From the UHGV virus genome UHGV-2113617: 64,000 nt of DNA, one strand, 5' to 3'. Shown here piece after piece: positions 1 through 9,346 of the stretch. The stretch comes from a virus. The first letter of the stretch is position 1; the number at the start of each line of letters is the position of its first letter. The notes beneath the pieces are model-generated. The model saw only the letters and a program-made list of their open reading frames with translations. It had not been told where the DNA came from and did no database searches. A program made the position numbers and the translations under genes.

Positions 1-230
1 ATATCACAATCATTTACCAGCTTAAGCGTTTTATCGTATTCTTTTGCCAATAAAACTGGAATTGAAAATGACTTATAATCATGCGCGCAATTACGAGTAA
101 ATGATTTATCTTTAGCATAAACCAAAGTTACTTCATGGCCATTTTTAGTAAACCAATCACGCTGCTCAAGAGAAAATTTAGTTACACCACAACCTTCAAG
201 ACCTCGAGCCATAAAAATGCATACTTTCAT
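1..230 (-). CDS. a-gt: DNA alpha-glucosyltransferase, N-terminal part (gene runs past window start)
   Basis: ATG at 228-230 (minus) with AGGA RBS; MKVCIFMARGLEGCGVTKFSLEQRDWF... matches my recollection of T4 alpha-gt N-terminus. Confidence 0.6.
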   Translation of the reverse strand, partial: MKVCIFMARGLEGCGVTKFSLEQRDWFTKNGHEVTLVYAKDKSFTRNCAHDYKSFSIPVLLAKEYDKTLKLVNDCD

Positions 231-473
231 TTAATATCCTCATTGTTTTGGTTTATTTTACCAAAAATTTATAAAGCAATATAGGAGCCTCGGCTCCTAT
301 CCGCATAATACGCCATACAGAGGCTCATTAGAGCTTCTAAATTTTATGCGCTTATATGTTATAGTTCCTTCTGCTTTAGCTTTATCGTGAGCCTCTTTAA
401 AGCGTCTCATCATTTCTACTTTAGAGGAACGAATTTTGTTATAATCTATTTCAGAAGTCTGGGTGTTCATCTT

Positions 474-677
474 TCACAGTTGCCACCATTTTTTGACTTG
501 ATAAGAATCAACCCACACTTTCATATTAGGGTCTGCTCTTACAATAGGAGGATTAACTTCTTTAATTGAACTATCATGGTATTCTTTTTCAGAAATTTTC
601 ACACAAAGATGACCGTTCAAAGATTCAGTAAATCCTGCATTAATTTTAAGACGCTTGAATTTTACGTGTGTAAGCAT
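474..677 (-). CDS. hypothetical small protein
   Basis: ORF with GAGGAT RBS before ATG at 677; overlaps 3' end of next ORF. Confidence 0.3.
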   Translation of the reverse strand: MLTHVKFKRLKINAGFTESLNGHLCVKISEKEYHDSSIKEVNPPIVRADPNMKVWVDSYQVKKWWQL

Positions 678-963
678 CAATCATATCCTCAATCTGTGAT
701 CTAGTAGTCTTCCAAAGAATACTAATGAGTTCATCGTTATATGGCTGTTTTAGAATATCCCGACTTTTCTTGATAGCATATTCGTATTGAGCAAAATTAT
801 TGTTTTCAGCTGCAATCTGAGCGTGCTTATAAAGACGGTTCAGTTCGCGTTTATTTTTAGACAATAACTTATTTGCTTTTCTTTCTGCTTCAAGACGGTT
901 CTTTTCTTCAATAGAAGAAATAAGCTTTTCCACTTCATCATTAATTTCGGGTTTATCAGTCAT
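646..963 (-). CDS. hypothetical protein
   Basis: 105-aa ORF, co-oriented with the early gene block. Confidence 0.55.
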   Translation of the reverse strand: MTDKPEINDEVEKLISSIEEKNRLEAERKANKLLSKNKRELNRLYKHAQIAAENNNFAQYEYAIKKSRDILKQPYNDELISILWKTTRSQIEDMIDAYTRKIQAS

Positions 964-964
964 A

Positions 965-1183
965 TTATTTCTCTAATATAAAATAAAAATCATCATCTGT
1001 TAAATGATACCGATAGTTTAATTCTACACCATTAGATTTAAAAGCGGTATCATACGGATTTTCTGGATCAATATCAATGTCAAGAGCTAAAACTTCCCTG
1101 AGATACATTTTAAGTAAATAGGGAATAGCTTCAACTTCAGGTATTTCTTCCAAGAATCCGGAGAGGTTAATCGTTAGCCTCAT
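965..1183 (-). CDS. hypothetical protein
   Basis: 72-aa ORF, start overlaps gp55 stop. Confidence 0.5.
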
Positions 1184-1724
1184 ATAAAAAATCCAAACTA
1201 GGAGAATCGTCTACAACACTTTTCTTTTCAGCCCCCGGTGTTCTATAGGTTGATTCTTCGTAATGCGTCATTTTATCGTAGATGTCTTGAATAAAAGTTT
1301 CATCTACTAACGCAACCATATCGTCGTCACGACTGTCATAGACATTGTGAACGAAGTAACTGTATTTCTTTGCAACTTCCTTACGTTCTTTTTTAATACG
1401 TTGGACGAATGCATTAAAACAAGCTTGAGTTATATATGCATGTGGGTTTTTATATTTCGTTTCATCAAAATTATGAAGTCCTTTAATAGAAGCTTCTATA
1501 CCATCTGCAATCATTTCTTGTTTCCAAGACTGGGTGTATCCTGAAAAGTTGAAACGTTTAGATAAGCCTTCTGCAATAAGCATAATGGCTAATCCGATAG
1601 TATCATTCTGACGAACTACTTTATTTGGGTCTTTATTATTTGCTAATTCTGTTTTCCAATCAATAATAGCTTGTAAAAGCTCTTTATTGTTTACGTAATT
1701 ATATTTAGGCTTAGTTTCTGACAT
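1167..1724 (-). CDS. 55: late-transcription sigma factor gp55
   Basis: 185 aa from [23 protein letters not shown]; matches T4 gp55 length and sequence as recalled. Confidence 0.9.
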
Positions 1725-1804
1725 TTTCACCTCTTAGCTCAATTCATAGATCTATTATATCATAATATTTGAAGATCTATCTTAAAGCATAGAGGATGAA
1801 TCAG

Positions 1805-2074
1805 TTATCTAAGTAAACAGTATGCTTGGAACACTTTCTCCATCATCTTTTTAAATTCATGAATATCTATATAATGATCATTAATATCAGCACGATATAA
1901 AAAGTCTAAAAACTTTTTATGGGTGTTAGAATATTTACTTTCATTTAATTCAGAAACATGGCTTTCCCAATATCCAACACCAGTCTTATTTGGGAAAAAT
2001 GAAATTTTCATGTATTGGTCAACATAGAAAATACCAAAATTTTCAATAGCAATAGAAATATTAATAAATTTCAT
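1805..2074 (-). CDS. hypothetical protein
   Basis: 89-aa ORF. Confidence 0.5.
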   Translation of the reverse strand: MKFINISIAIENFGIFYVDQYMKISFFPNKTGVGYWESHVSELNESKYSNTHKKFLDFLYRADINDHYIDIHEFKKMMEKVFQAYCLLR

Positions 2075-2292
2075 ACATTCATCAACTTAGCCGCTTCAAG
2101 AGCTGCATCTAGTGAATCAAATTGATCGACATATTCAATCAATTCGCCGTAATTAGCATATAACCACCATTGGCTAAATTCATACTCAAGGATGAATCCA
2201 TTTCCTTCAATTTGAGTTAAACCAATGCCGTTTGTATTTACTTCATATCCGGCAAGACGCAAATCGTTAATAAGAGCTTCGTTCATATTCAT
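2071..2292 (-). CDS. hypothetical protein
   Basis: 73-aa ORF, stop/start overlap with neighbours. Confidence 0.5.
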   Translation of the reverse strand: MNMNEALINDLRLAGYEVNTNGIGLTQIEGNGFILEYEFSQWWLYANYGELIEYVDQFDSLDAALEAAKLMNV

Positions 2293-2615
2293 ACCTTAGC
2301 AATTTTCAGGTCAGCAAATTTTTTCTTGCGTTGATTTTTCATACGACGAATAGTTTTATCAGAAATTTCATGCTTTTGATAAGCTTTAGATTCTACGCCA
2401 AAAGCTTTAACATCAAATTCTGACAAGATATATTGAACCAACAATTCACGGATAGTATTTCGTCCAATTTTCTGATCATTCTGTTTCATCGTCTGATGAA
2501 GCTCTTTTTCCCATTTATCCAAAATTTGAGGAGTTACAATATCGCCTTTTTCTAGCAAAGAAACTACTTTATCATATGCATAAGAATTGATGGCGTTTTT
2601 AATTTGAATAGTCAT
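2289..2615 (-). CDS. hypothetical protein
   Basis: 108-aa ORF, GAGGATAAT RBS. Confidence 0.6.
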   Translation of the reverse strand: MTIQIKNAINSYAYDKVVSLLEKGDIVTPQILDKWEKELHQTMKQNDQKIGRNTIRELLVQYILSEFDVKAFGVESKAYQKHEISDKTIRRMKNQRKKKFADLKIAKV

Positions 2616-2654
2616 ACATTATCCTCAATTGCGTTAAAATTTTATTATCCAAAA

Positions 2655-2670
2655 AAGGGCCGAAGCCCTT
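2655..2670 (-). terminator. rho-independent terminator hairpin
   Basis: minus-strand AAGGGC-TTCG-GCCCTT followed by TTTTTT. Confidence 0.5.
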
Positions 2671-2869
2671 AGCTAAACCGTTTTGCACCCTTCCAGCCTT
2701 CATACATCATTGCGACTGACAATGACAAAGCTCCTTCACATGCTGCATACTTATTATTCCAAAACCAGTTTAGAAAAACTTCATCCTCAATACCATTGTG
2801 TTTCATGTTCTGGAAAAATTTGGCACGTTCTTCAGCAATTCGTTGTGATAATTTAGATTCAGGATTCAT
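2669..2869 (-). CDS. hypothetical protein
   Basis: 66-aa ORF ending at the terminator. Confidence 0.45.
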   Translation of the reverse strand: MNPESKLSQRIAEERAKFFQNMKHNGIEDEVFLNWFWNNKYAACEGALSLSVAMMYEGWKGAKRFS

Positions 2870-3085
2870 TTAAATTTTCCAGTTACCGTTTTCATCAATG
2901 AATTTAATCCAGTCATTTACTGACCACTTGGTCATATCGCCTTTTGGAGCAACATTTAAAGTGTATAATCCTTGTTTAAAAAGCATGCGTTTGATATTCA
3001 TATTTTCCTCAGCTGTAACGATAGCACTCGTTTGATTTACGCTTAGCAACTCGTTGAGAAGTATTATAATCAAAATCGTCATCAA
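2870..3085 (-). CDS. hypothetical small protein (start uncertain)
   Basis: 71-aa ORF, overlaps next ORF. Confidence 0.35.
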   Translation of the reverse strand: MMTILIIILLNELLSVNQTSAIVTAEENMNIKRMLFKQGLYTLNVAPKGDMTKWSVNDWIKFIDENGNWKI

Positions 3086-3347
3086 TGTAAACTGATTTTT
3101 TCAACTTTCTTACTTCACTACGTAATTGACGATTTAACTCATCTTTAACTTCTGAATCAATGCCTTTCATTCTACGCCATTTATCAGAGCGAAAAATGTT
3201 TTCAACCATATCTTTATGACTTACGCCATCAGGAGCTTTACGCTTTCCGAAATAGTCATAATCACGTACTTTTAAATCTTTACGACGATACGTTTTACCC
3301 ATGGAGTTTAATTTCCTTAGCAACTGAACTAAATACAGCACGATCAC
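3009..3347 (-). CDS. hypothetical basic protein
   Basis: 112-aa ORF rich in K/R. Confidence 0.5.
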   Translation of the reverse strand: MIVLYLVQLLRKLNSMGKTYRRKDLKVRDYDYFGKRKAPDGVSHKDMVENIFRSDKWRRMKGIDSEVKDELNRQLRSEVRKLKKSVYIDDDFDYNTSQRVAKRKSNECYRYS

Positions 3348-3477
3348 AAATCATCTGTTTATGTAACTTGAGTATAAGATAATAAACTTCAAAACCGTTT
3401 ACATAAGTAACACGAACAACATTACCATTAATAAAATAATATTGTCCCTTTTTAATTTCTTTATCAACCACAACCAT
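3295..3477 (-). CDS. hypothetical small protein
   Basis: 60-aa ORF just downstream of early promoter. Confidence 0.4.
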   Translation of the reverse strand: MVVVDKEIKKGQYYFINGNVVRVTYVNGFEVYYLILKLHKQMICDRAVFSSVAKEIKLHG

Positions 3478-3507
3478 ATCAAATCCTCAAAGGCAATTCA
3501 TATGTTA

Positions 3508-3537
3508 ATAATACCACAGTTTGAACTTCTTGTAAAC
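3508..3537 (-). promoter_or_regulatory. T4-type early promoter
   Basis: minus-strand GTTTAC, 18 bp, TATTAT. Confidence 0.55.
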
Positions 3538-3618
3538 AACTTTGTGAAAATTATTTTAGGGAACGATAAGAAGGGAACGATAGCTTAGAATGGTAATATA
3601 CAGAATGCGAGAAAGAAA

Positions 3619-3631
3619 GGCCCAGAGGGCC
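3619..3631 (-). terminator. hairpin terminator after nrdH-like gene
   Basis: GGCCC-TCT-GGGCC hairpin followed by T-rich run on minus strand. Confidence 0.4.
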
Positions 3632-3635
3632 CGTC

Positions 3636-3944
3636 TTAGTCTTCTATGATATCTCTATCATATCCAAGTGAAATGAGAGTTTCTTTGAAGTGTTTAATGT
3701 TCTTTTGTCTAGAATCATTGATGAAAATGACTGGATAACGAATGTTAAGAGATGTGAATCCAGCTCGTTTAGCAAGAGATACAATCAGTGGACGATCATA
3801 CTCAATCTTACCATTATTTGTAAGAACTTTATAGAAAGTAAAAGGAGCATTGAGCTCCTTTAGAAGTTTTGTAACTGATTGACATCCAGGACAACGACCT
3901 ACTTCATCTGGAATTCCATAGACTTCAATCTTGTTTTGTTTCAC
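3636..3944 (-). CDS. nrdH: NrdH-like glutaredoxin
   Basis: 102 aa with CPGC redox motif; sits next to nrdG. Confidence 0.7.
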   Translation of the reverse strand: MKQNKIEVYGIPDEVGRCPGCQSVTKLLKELNAPFTFYKVLTNNGKIEYDRPLIVSLAKRAGFTSLNIRYPVIFINDSRQKNIKHFKETLISLGYDRDIIED

Positions 3945-3946
3945 AA

Positions 3947-4183
3947 CTATTCCTTACTAAGAGCAGCATTCAGCTTGTTAGTAATTTTATCCAGACGCTC
4001 ATTGAACTCGCTAGAAGATAGTCCTTTTTCTGGAGAAATTAAGCTAATCACGAAAAATATAGCAATAAAAGGAATAAGAAAAATAGCTCCAACTGCCATA
4101 AACAAAAAGAATGTTACGGTTGTAAGAAAATCAGCTAAACCTTTACGAAATTTATACATATTTACCCTTAATTGATTAACCAA
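3947..4183 (-). CDS. small membrane protein
   Basis: 78 aa with a long hydrophobic stretch. Confidence 0.5.
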   Translation of the reverse strand: MVNQLRVNMYKFRKGLADFLTTVTFFLFMAVGAIFLIPFIAIFFVISLISPEKGLSSSEFNERLDKITNKLNAALSKE

Positions 4184-4273
4184 GCATTGATAAGTACTAA
4201 ACTATACTGCGAATAAAATTCTGGACCAAAATGAAAAATCATATCATTTATAGTATCAATAATATAATTCAAT

Positions 4274-4744
4274 TTAATCATGTTTCCACACCCCATCGGT
4301 ATTTGACCAAAGTCGCTGATTATCTGATCCTCGCCACAGCTTTTTGGTCGGAAGATTTTTCTCATACTTCCCATCAATAATAACATCAACATATTTAAGC
4401 ATTTCTAGTTGTTTAATATCTTCAAATTTATATCCTGTCCACAACCAAATGCTTTTATTTGGATAAAGATTTTTTACCGTTTGAACAATGCAATGAACAA
4501 CATCTCGGTTATCAGGATAAAGAGGGTCTCCTCCAGTTATAGTTAATCCTTCTATATAATCATTATTCAAACATTCAATTAATTGTTCTAGTGTTTCACC
4601 AGTGAATGGAACGCCATTTCTAGCATTCCATGTTGATTTATTATAACACCCTTCACATTTATGCAAACACCCCGTAACGAAAAGAACGACCCTGCATCCA
4701 GGGCCATTCACAAAATCACAGGGATAAAATCTATCGTAATTCAT
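4274..4744 (-). CDS. nrdG: anaerobic RNR activating enzyme (radical SAM)
   Basis: 156 aa, CLHKCEGC = CxxxCxxC cluster motif; overlaps nrdD stop. Confidence 0.9.
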   Translation of the reverse strand: MNYDRFYPCDFVNGPGCRVVLFVTGCLHKCEGCYNKSTWNARNGVPFTGETLEQLIECLNNDYIEGLTITGGDPLYPDNRDVVHCIVQTVKNLYPNKSIWLWTGYKFEDIKQLEMLKYVDVIIDGKYEKNLPTKKLWRGSDNQRLWSNTDGVWKHD

Positions 4745-6558
4745 TGGTGTTTAACCCTATGCATGATTTCTTTATTTTTGCCAAGATTAAATCCGCGTTC
4801 GTTCGGATTTCCCAAATAACCACAAGTTCTTCTTATTGTGTTCATCTTTTTAGGATCAGTTTCTCCACAAATAGAACAAACAAATCCGTTTTCAGTAGGA
4901 GTCATTTCATGGGTACTTCCACATGTAAAACATTTATCTACTGGCATATTAACACCAAAATAATCTAAATGTTGTGCAGCATAATCCCATACAGCCTCAA
5001 GACCTTTTAGGTTATTTTTCATATCAGGAAGTTCAACATAAGAAATGTGACCACCTGTCGCAATGAAATGATATGGGGCTTCGCGAGAAATCTTTTCAAA
5101 CGGAGTAATATTTTCTTCTACTGAAACGTGGAAACTGTTAGTGTACCAGCCTTTATCGGTAACATCTTTTACACTTCCATATTTTTCGGTATCAAGTTTA
5201 CAGAAGCGATAGCACAGGTTTTCTGCAGGAGTAGAATACAAACTAAAAGCAAATCCGGTTCTTTCAGTCCATTGTTTAAGATGAGTATTCATTTTAGTTA
5301 AAATTTCTTGTCCAATATCACGACCGACAAGAATATTCAATTCGTGAATACCAATGTATCCTAGAGACACTGAACTTCTACCGTTTTTAAATAACTCAAT
5401 TATATCGTCATCAGGTTTAAGACGAACCCCGAATGCACCTTCTTGGTAAAGAATAGGAGCAACAGTAGCTTTAACTCCTTTTAAGGAACTAATTCTACAC
5501 ATCAATGCTTCAAAACATAAATCCATTCGTTCGTTGAACAATTCGGCAAATTTCTGTTCATTGAACTGTGTTCCAATATAAGAATCTAACGCAATACGAG
5601 GAAGATTCAGTGTTACAACACCAAGATTATTACGTCCATCAAGAATTTCATTACCAGTCGAATCTTTCCATACGCCCAAGAAACTACGACAACCCATTGG
5701 AGAAACAGGAATAGATGAACCAGTGATAGCTTTATTGTTCTTAGCCGAAATGATGTCAGGATACATTCTTTTACTTGCACACTCTAGAGCAAGCTGTTTA
5801 ATATCATAGTTCGGATCGTCTTTATAAAGATTAACACCTTCTTCAACGAACATAACAAGTTTAGGGAAAATAGGAGTTATCCCATCACGACCGAGACCTT
5901 TAATACGATTTTTCAGAATTGCTTTCTGAATCATTCGTTCAGTCCAGTCAGTTCCCGTACCAAATGTAATTGTTACAAAAGGCGTCTGTCCGTTTGAACT
6001 AAAGAGAGTATTTACTTCATATTCATAAGCTTGGAACGCATCGTATACGTCTTTTTCTGTTTTAGATTGGGCATAATTCAATGCATCTGCGATTTGCCAT
6101 TTTTCCGCGTCCTCAATATGTTTCGCATAGGTGCGTTTAACATAAGGAGAAAGTACTTTATCTACATTCGCAAAAGTCGTTCCGCCATATTGATGAGAAG
6201 CAACCTGTGCAGTAATTTGTGCCATAATTGCAGTAGCAACGCCGATTGATTTAGGGGTTTCAATCTGTGCATTACCGAGCTTAAATCCGTTCTCAAGCAT
6301 TCCTTTTAAATCTACTAAACAACAATTAGTAAATGGAAGAGCAGGGGAATAATCAATATCGTGGAAATGGATAATTCCGCTTTCATGTGCTTTCATAATA
6401 AAAGACGGGACCATATTTTTGGCAATGTGTTTAGACACAATACCAGCCATAAGGTCCCGTTGAGTTGGAAAAACACGAGAATCTTTATTAGCATTCTCGT
6501 TTAAAAGGTCTTTATTAGTTTTATGAATTAATCCTTCAATTTCTTTTTCAATTGTCAT
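4741..6558 (-). CDS. nrdD: anaerobic ribonucleoside-triphosphate reductase, uninterrupted
   Basis: 605 aa, C-terminal glycyl-radical motif RTCGYLG and CxxC...CxxC zinc site; no intron in the reading frame. Confidence 0.95.
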   Translation of the reverse strand: MTIEKEIEGLIHKTNKDLLNENANKDSRVFPTQRDLMAGIVSKHIAKNMVPSFIMKAHESGIIHFHDIDYSPALPFTNCCLVDLKGMLENGFKLGNAQIETPKSIGVATAIMAQITAQVASHQYGGTTFANVDKVLSPYVKRTYAKHIEDAEKWQIADALNYAQSKTEKDVYDAFQAYEYEVNTLFSSNGQTPFVTITFGTGTDWTERMIQKAILKNRIKGLGRDGITPIFPKLVMFVEEGVNLYKDDPNYDIKQLALECASKRMYPDIISAKNNKAITGSSIPVSPMGCRSFLGVWKDSTGNEILDGRNNLGVVTLNLPRIALDSYIGTQFNEQKFAELFNERMDLCFEALMCRISSLKGVKATVAPILYQEGAFGVRLKPDDDIIELFKNGRSSVSLGYIGIHELNILVGRDIGQEILTKMNTHLKQWTERTGFAFSLYSTPAENLCYRFCKLDTEKYGSVKDVTDKGWYTNSFHVSVEENITPFEKISREAPYHFIATGGHISYVELPDMKNNLKGLEAVWDYAAQHLDYFGVNMPVDKCFTCGSTHEMTPTENGFVCSICGETDPKKMNTIRRTCGYLGNPNERGFNLGKNKEIMHRVKHQ

Positions 6559-7028
6559 TTTAAACTCTTTCTAAGCTGCTTCTTAAATGAAGCTATTAAT
6601 TGTGTTTTAGTGTCAGATTCATTATATTCAAATCCTCTTTGAAGCATCTCAGCCATCATTTCCTCTTTTCCTAAACGAGAAAATTCCTTTGATTTATCTC
6701 CAACAAAGTTAGGGTGAATATTATTTTGGGTGTAATCGGATTTTAAATAAGTAAGTAAATTTTCTAACCATTCAAGATAATCAACACCTTGTCCCTTTAA
6801 GCCAGAACGATTGAATTTATGCTTCATTTGACCTTCTGCAGCATTACAGAGATTACATAGCAACCCACGTACCTTTCCTGCTTTTGGTCCATTTAATTCA
6901 TGGTCATGGTCAAGGTGATTAGCTTGAACATCAGGATTTAGTTCTCGTTGGCAAATTAAGCATTTACCGTTTTGTGCATTATAAAATTTTTGTTTTTCTT
7001 CTTTGTATAATTTGCCAGTCAATAACAT
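6555..7028 (-). CDS. 49: endonuclease VII (Holliday junction resolvase)
   Basis: 157 aa, MLLTGKLYKEEKQKF..., CxxC and HLDHDH motifs; matches T4 gp49 as recalled. Confidence 0.85.
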   Translation of the reverse strand: MLLTGKLYKEEKQKFYNAQNGKCLICQRELNPDVQANHLDHDHELNGPKAGKVRGLLCNLCNAAEGQMKHKFNRSGLKGQGVDYLEWLENLLTYLKSDYTQNNIHPNFVGDKSKEFSRLGKEEMMAEMLQRGFEYNESDTKTQLIASFKKQLRKSLK

Positions 7029-7246
7029 AATAAAACCCTTACCTTGAATAGATAAGGGTATTTATTATTTTCAAGTATTGTAAAACATTCGATGCAATCG
7101 CTTATATTGTCGAATCATCTTTTTAGTAGGACGAGAATAAGTTCCTACACAAGTGGTCATATTAGGATCAGTAGGACTTCCTTTAATAAAAAGTTTCCAG
7201 ACTTTACCACCATTTAGCTTTTCAGTATAAACCAATTCAGTTTTCA

Positions 7247-7711
7247 TTAAAATGCTCGGTCAGAAAAAGAAATTTGAGTTTCAAGCCATTCAATATATTC
7301 TGCCGCAGCTTGCATCAAATTTCCTTCATAACCATCGTTGTTTTCTTGCGCAGCTAATTTAGCTAATGCATATGAAATGCGTTCACCTTGAAAAGCGGCT
7401 TTAGGTTTATGAATAGCTTGATCAACTCGTTCTACGACTTCTTCAATTTCGCCATTTTCTACTGATTCAGTATTCCACAAGCACCAATACGTAATTGGCT
7501 TATCGTAAATGTTAATAATCTTTCCATCAGAAAGTTCAATTTCAATAATTCCAGTATCAGGTTCTATATCATCTTCACATTCTTTTACAAGTTCACGAAC
7601 TTTAAAGACAATACCTGCACTAAGTTCAGGCCAGTAATTACACAGCCCTTTATCAGCACGATTAATTCTAAACCACTTATCTACTGTAATCATGTCCCAT
7701 CTCCATATCAA
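7247..7711 (-). CDS. hypothetical protein (occupies the T4 pin position)
   Basis: 154-aa ORF; identity to pin not verified. Confidence 0.5.
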   Translation of the reverse strand: MIWRWDMITVDKWFRINRADKGLCNYWPELSAGIVFKVRELVKECEDDIEPDTGIIEIELSDGKIINIYDKPITYWCLWNTESVENGEIEEVVERVDQAIHKPKAAFQGERISYALAKLAAQENNDGYEGNLMQAAAEYIEWLETQISFSDRAF

Positions 7712-7816
7712 TTATGTCATTTATTGTAGGTTCATTATATACTGTTTCTTCATCAGTGTAAACCGGTTCTTCCGGCTCTGGCTCTACTGTTTCCCATCTA
7801 GCCGCCCACCAGGGTT

Positions 7817-8137
7817 TTATAGCGTAATCCATTCTCGTATTGTCTGAGTTACTACACGTTCACGGGGCTCGACTAGTTCAACAGTCGGAACTGCATAATA
7901 CCAGTCAGAATGATAAGAACCTGAACGGCATTCATTTACGGAAACATGTACATTATGTTTTGGACTAAAATAAACACACTGACGATATTGACATTTACCG
8001 TCTTGCACCCAGTCTTCTATTTCGACAGGTTTAAGATAATCGGAAAAATCGAAATCATAGTTTTCTGAAAATGCATCATGGTCTTCAATGATTTCACTCA
8101 GAACTGCATCAACATCTAATTTATTTTCAATAGTCAT
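7817..8137 (-). CDS. hypothetical protein
   Basis: 106-aa ORF. Confidence 0.5.
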   Translation of the reverse strand: MTIENKLDVDAVLSEIIEDHDAFSENYDFDFSDYLKPVEIEDWVQDGKCQYRQCVYFSPKHNVHVSVNECRSGSYHSDWYYAVPTVELVEPRERVVTQTIREWITL

Positions 8138-8147
8138 TTGTCACCAC

Positions 8148-8357
8148 TTAATTTCGCAATTTATTAAGTTCTTCATAATCAATCCAGGATTCTAATCCTG
8201 ATGGCAAATCAGATTCAATTTCCCAAAGAAGCTCTTCAATTTTCTGAAGACGATCTAATTCTTCAGCTGGAATAGTAACCATTGACGGAGTTCTTGATAC
8301 ACTAATATCGTAAATCATATTTACCCCAGTTTGACCATACAATCGCCATATTTCCAT
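8148..8357 (-). CDS. hypothetical protein
   Basis: 69-aa ORF. Confidence 0.4.
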   Translation of the reverse strand: MEIWRLYGQTGVNMIYDISVSRTPSMVTIPAEELDRLQKIEELLWEIESDLPSGLESWIDYEELNKLRN

Positions 8358-8536
8358 TTAGAAATAGACTTTTCACCGTTAGAATAATAAACTTCGAGTT
8401 TAGCACGATTATTTTTAATTTGAATAACCTTTGCTGTCATCAAAGTTCCATATCCATAATAAACTGCAACCTCATCACCTACATATACCGCGCTTCCGCG
8501 GTAGTCATGGATATAATCAGTTCCTTCAAGCATCAT
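8321..8536 (-). CDS. hypothetical protein
   Basis: 71-aa ORF. Confidence 0.4.
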   Translation of the reverse strand: MMLEGTDYIHDYRGSAVYVGDEVAVYYGYGTLMTAKVIQIKNNRAKLEVYYSNGEKSISKWKYGDCMVKLG

Positions 8537-8796
8537 TTAAAGTATTCCCGCAATTGGTCAAATCCACCAATATGACTTCCGTCAGGAGCAAATACCTGAG
8601 GCATCGTCAATCCGATTTGAGTATCACGACCCAGTTTAGTCAGAAGCTCAGCGATTTTCTCATCATCAAAAACACCTTTTTCCGGCATAATGTTGATAAA
8701 TTCAAACGGCTGTTTCTTCACAGTCAAAAGACGTTTTGCATTATCGCAATACACACATTTGTGGATGTTGCTATCATAACCATATACTTTAAACAT
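8533..8796 (-). CDS. nrdC: phage thioredoxin/glutaredoxin
   Basis: 87 aa, active site CVYC; matches T4 NrdC as recalled. Confidence 0.85.
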   Translation of the reverse strand: MFKVYGYDSNIHKCVYCDNAKRLLTVKKQPFEFINIMPEKGVFDDEKIAELLTKLGRDTQIGLTMPQVFAPDGSHIGGFDQLREYFK

Positions 8797-8797
8797 A

Positions 8798-9019
8798 TTA
8801 TTCCTTAATTCCTAGTACTTGTTTAAAAGTCTCGTCGTAATCAAGACTTTGGCCCGTTTGTTCTTTATGTTTGTATATAATATCACTTACTTCTGATAGC
8901 ATATTTTTATATGAACGAGTTAAAGCAGATTTAAGCACGCTGTATCTATCAGGAAATTTACCATGTTCATTATAATAAGCTATTGCTAATTCACGGACTG
9001 CCTTTTCAGCAGTCTCCAT
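8798..9019 (-). CDS. hypothetical protein
   Basis: 73-aa ORF. Confidence 0.5.
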
Positions 9020-9028
9020 ATATATTCT

Positions 9029-9346
9029 TTACGCTTGGTCATTTTCTTCTCGGTTAAATCGGTGTTTGCAATGACGACATTTATATTCAAGCTCTGGTTT
9101 ACGCCAGTTAATCAATTGGACCTGTTCAGTACCACATTTTGGGCAGTTCGGAACATTCTTAGAAGCCCTTTCGCGGCGTTCAACCATAACCATAATGGCA
9201 TCCCAAGCAGGAGGTTTAAAGTCTAGATCGTCACAGCCATGAATCTTTCCACGCATTTCCAGATCGTCTTCTTCACCAGCCATAATGATTTTAATTAGAC
9301 TGGAATTACTTGAAGCTGCAATATCTTCTAATAGACGCTTTTTCAT
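9029..9346 (-). CDS. zinc-ribbon protein
   Basis: 105 aa with CPKCG...CRHCKH. Confidence 0.55.
   Translation of the reverse strand: MKKRLLEDIAASSNSSLIKIIMAGEEDDLEMRGKIHGCDDLDFKPPAWDAIMVMVERRERASKNVPNCPKCGTEQVQLINWRKPELEYKCRHCKHRFNREENDQA

Noticed and set aside
283-300. AGGAGCC-TCG-GCTCCT hairpin in the a-gt upstream region
   Set aside because: No adjacent U-tract on either strand and no clear gene end next to it; could be an RNA processing site but not supportable as a terminator.
3879-4175. 98-aa plus-strand ORF
   Set aside because: Antisense to the nrdH-like and membrane-protein genes; low-complexity translation.
4168-4392. 74-aa minus-strand ORF overlapping the nrdG 3' end
   Set aside because: Alternative frame inside nrdG; no independent start signals.
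7247-7711. Calling this ORF pin (Lon protease inhibitor)
   Set aside because: Only positional evidence; length differs from my recollection of T4 Pin and I could not confirm sequence similarity, so left as hypothetical.
8431-8808. 125-aa plus-strand ORF overlapping nrdC
   Set aside because: Antisense to the well-supported thioredoxin gene; no translation signals.
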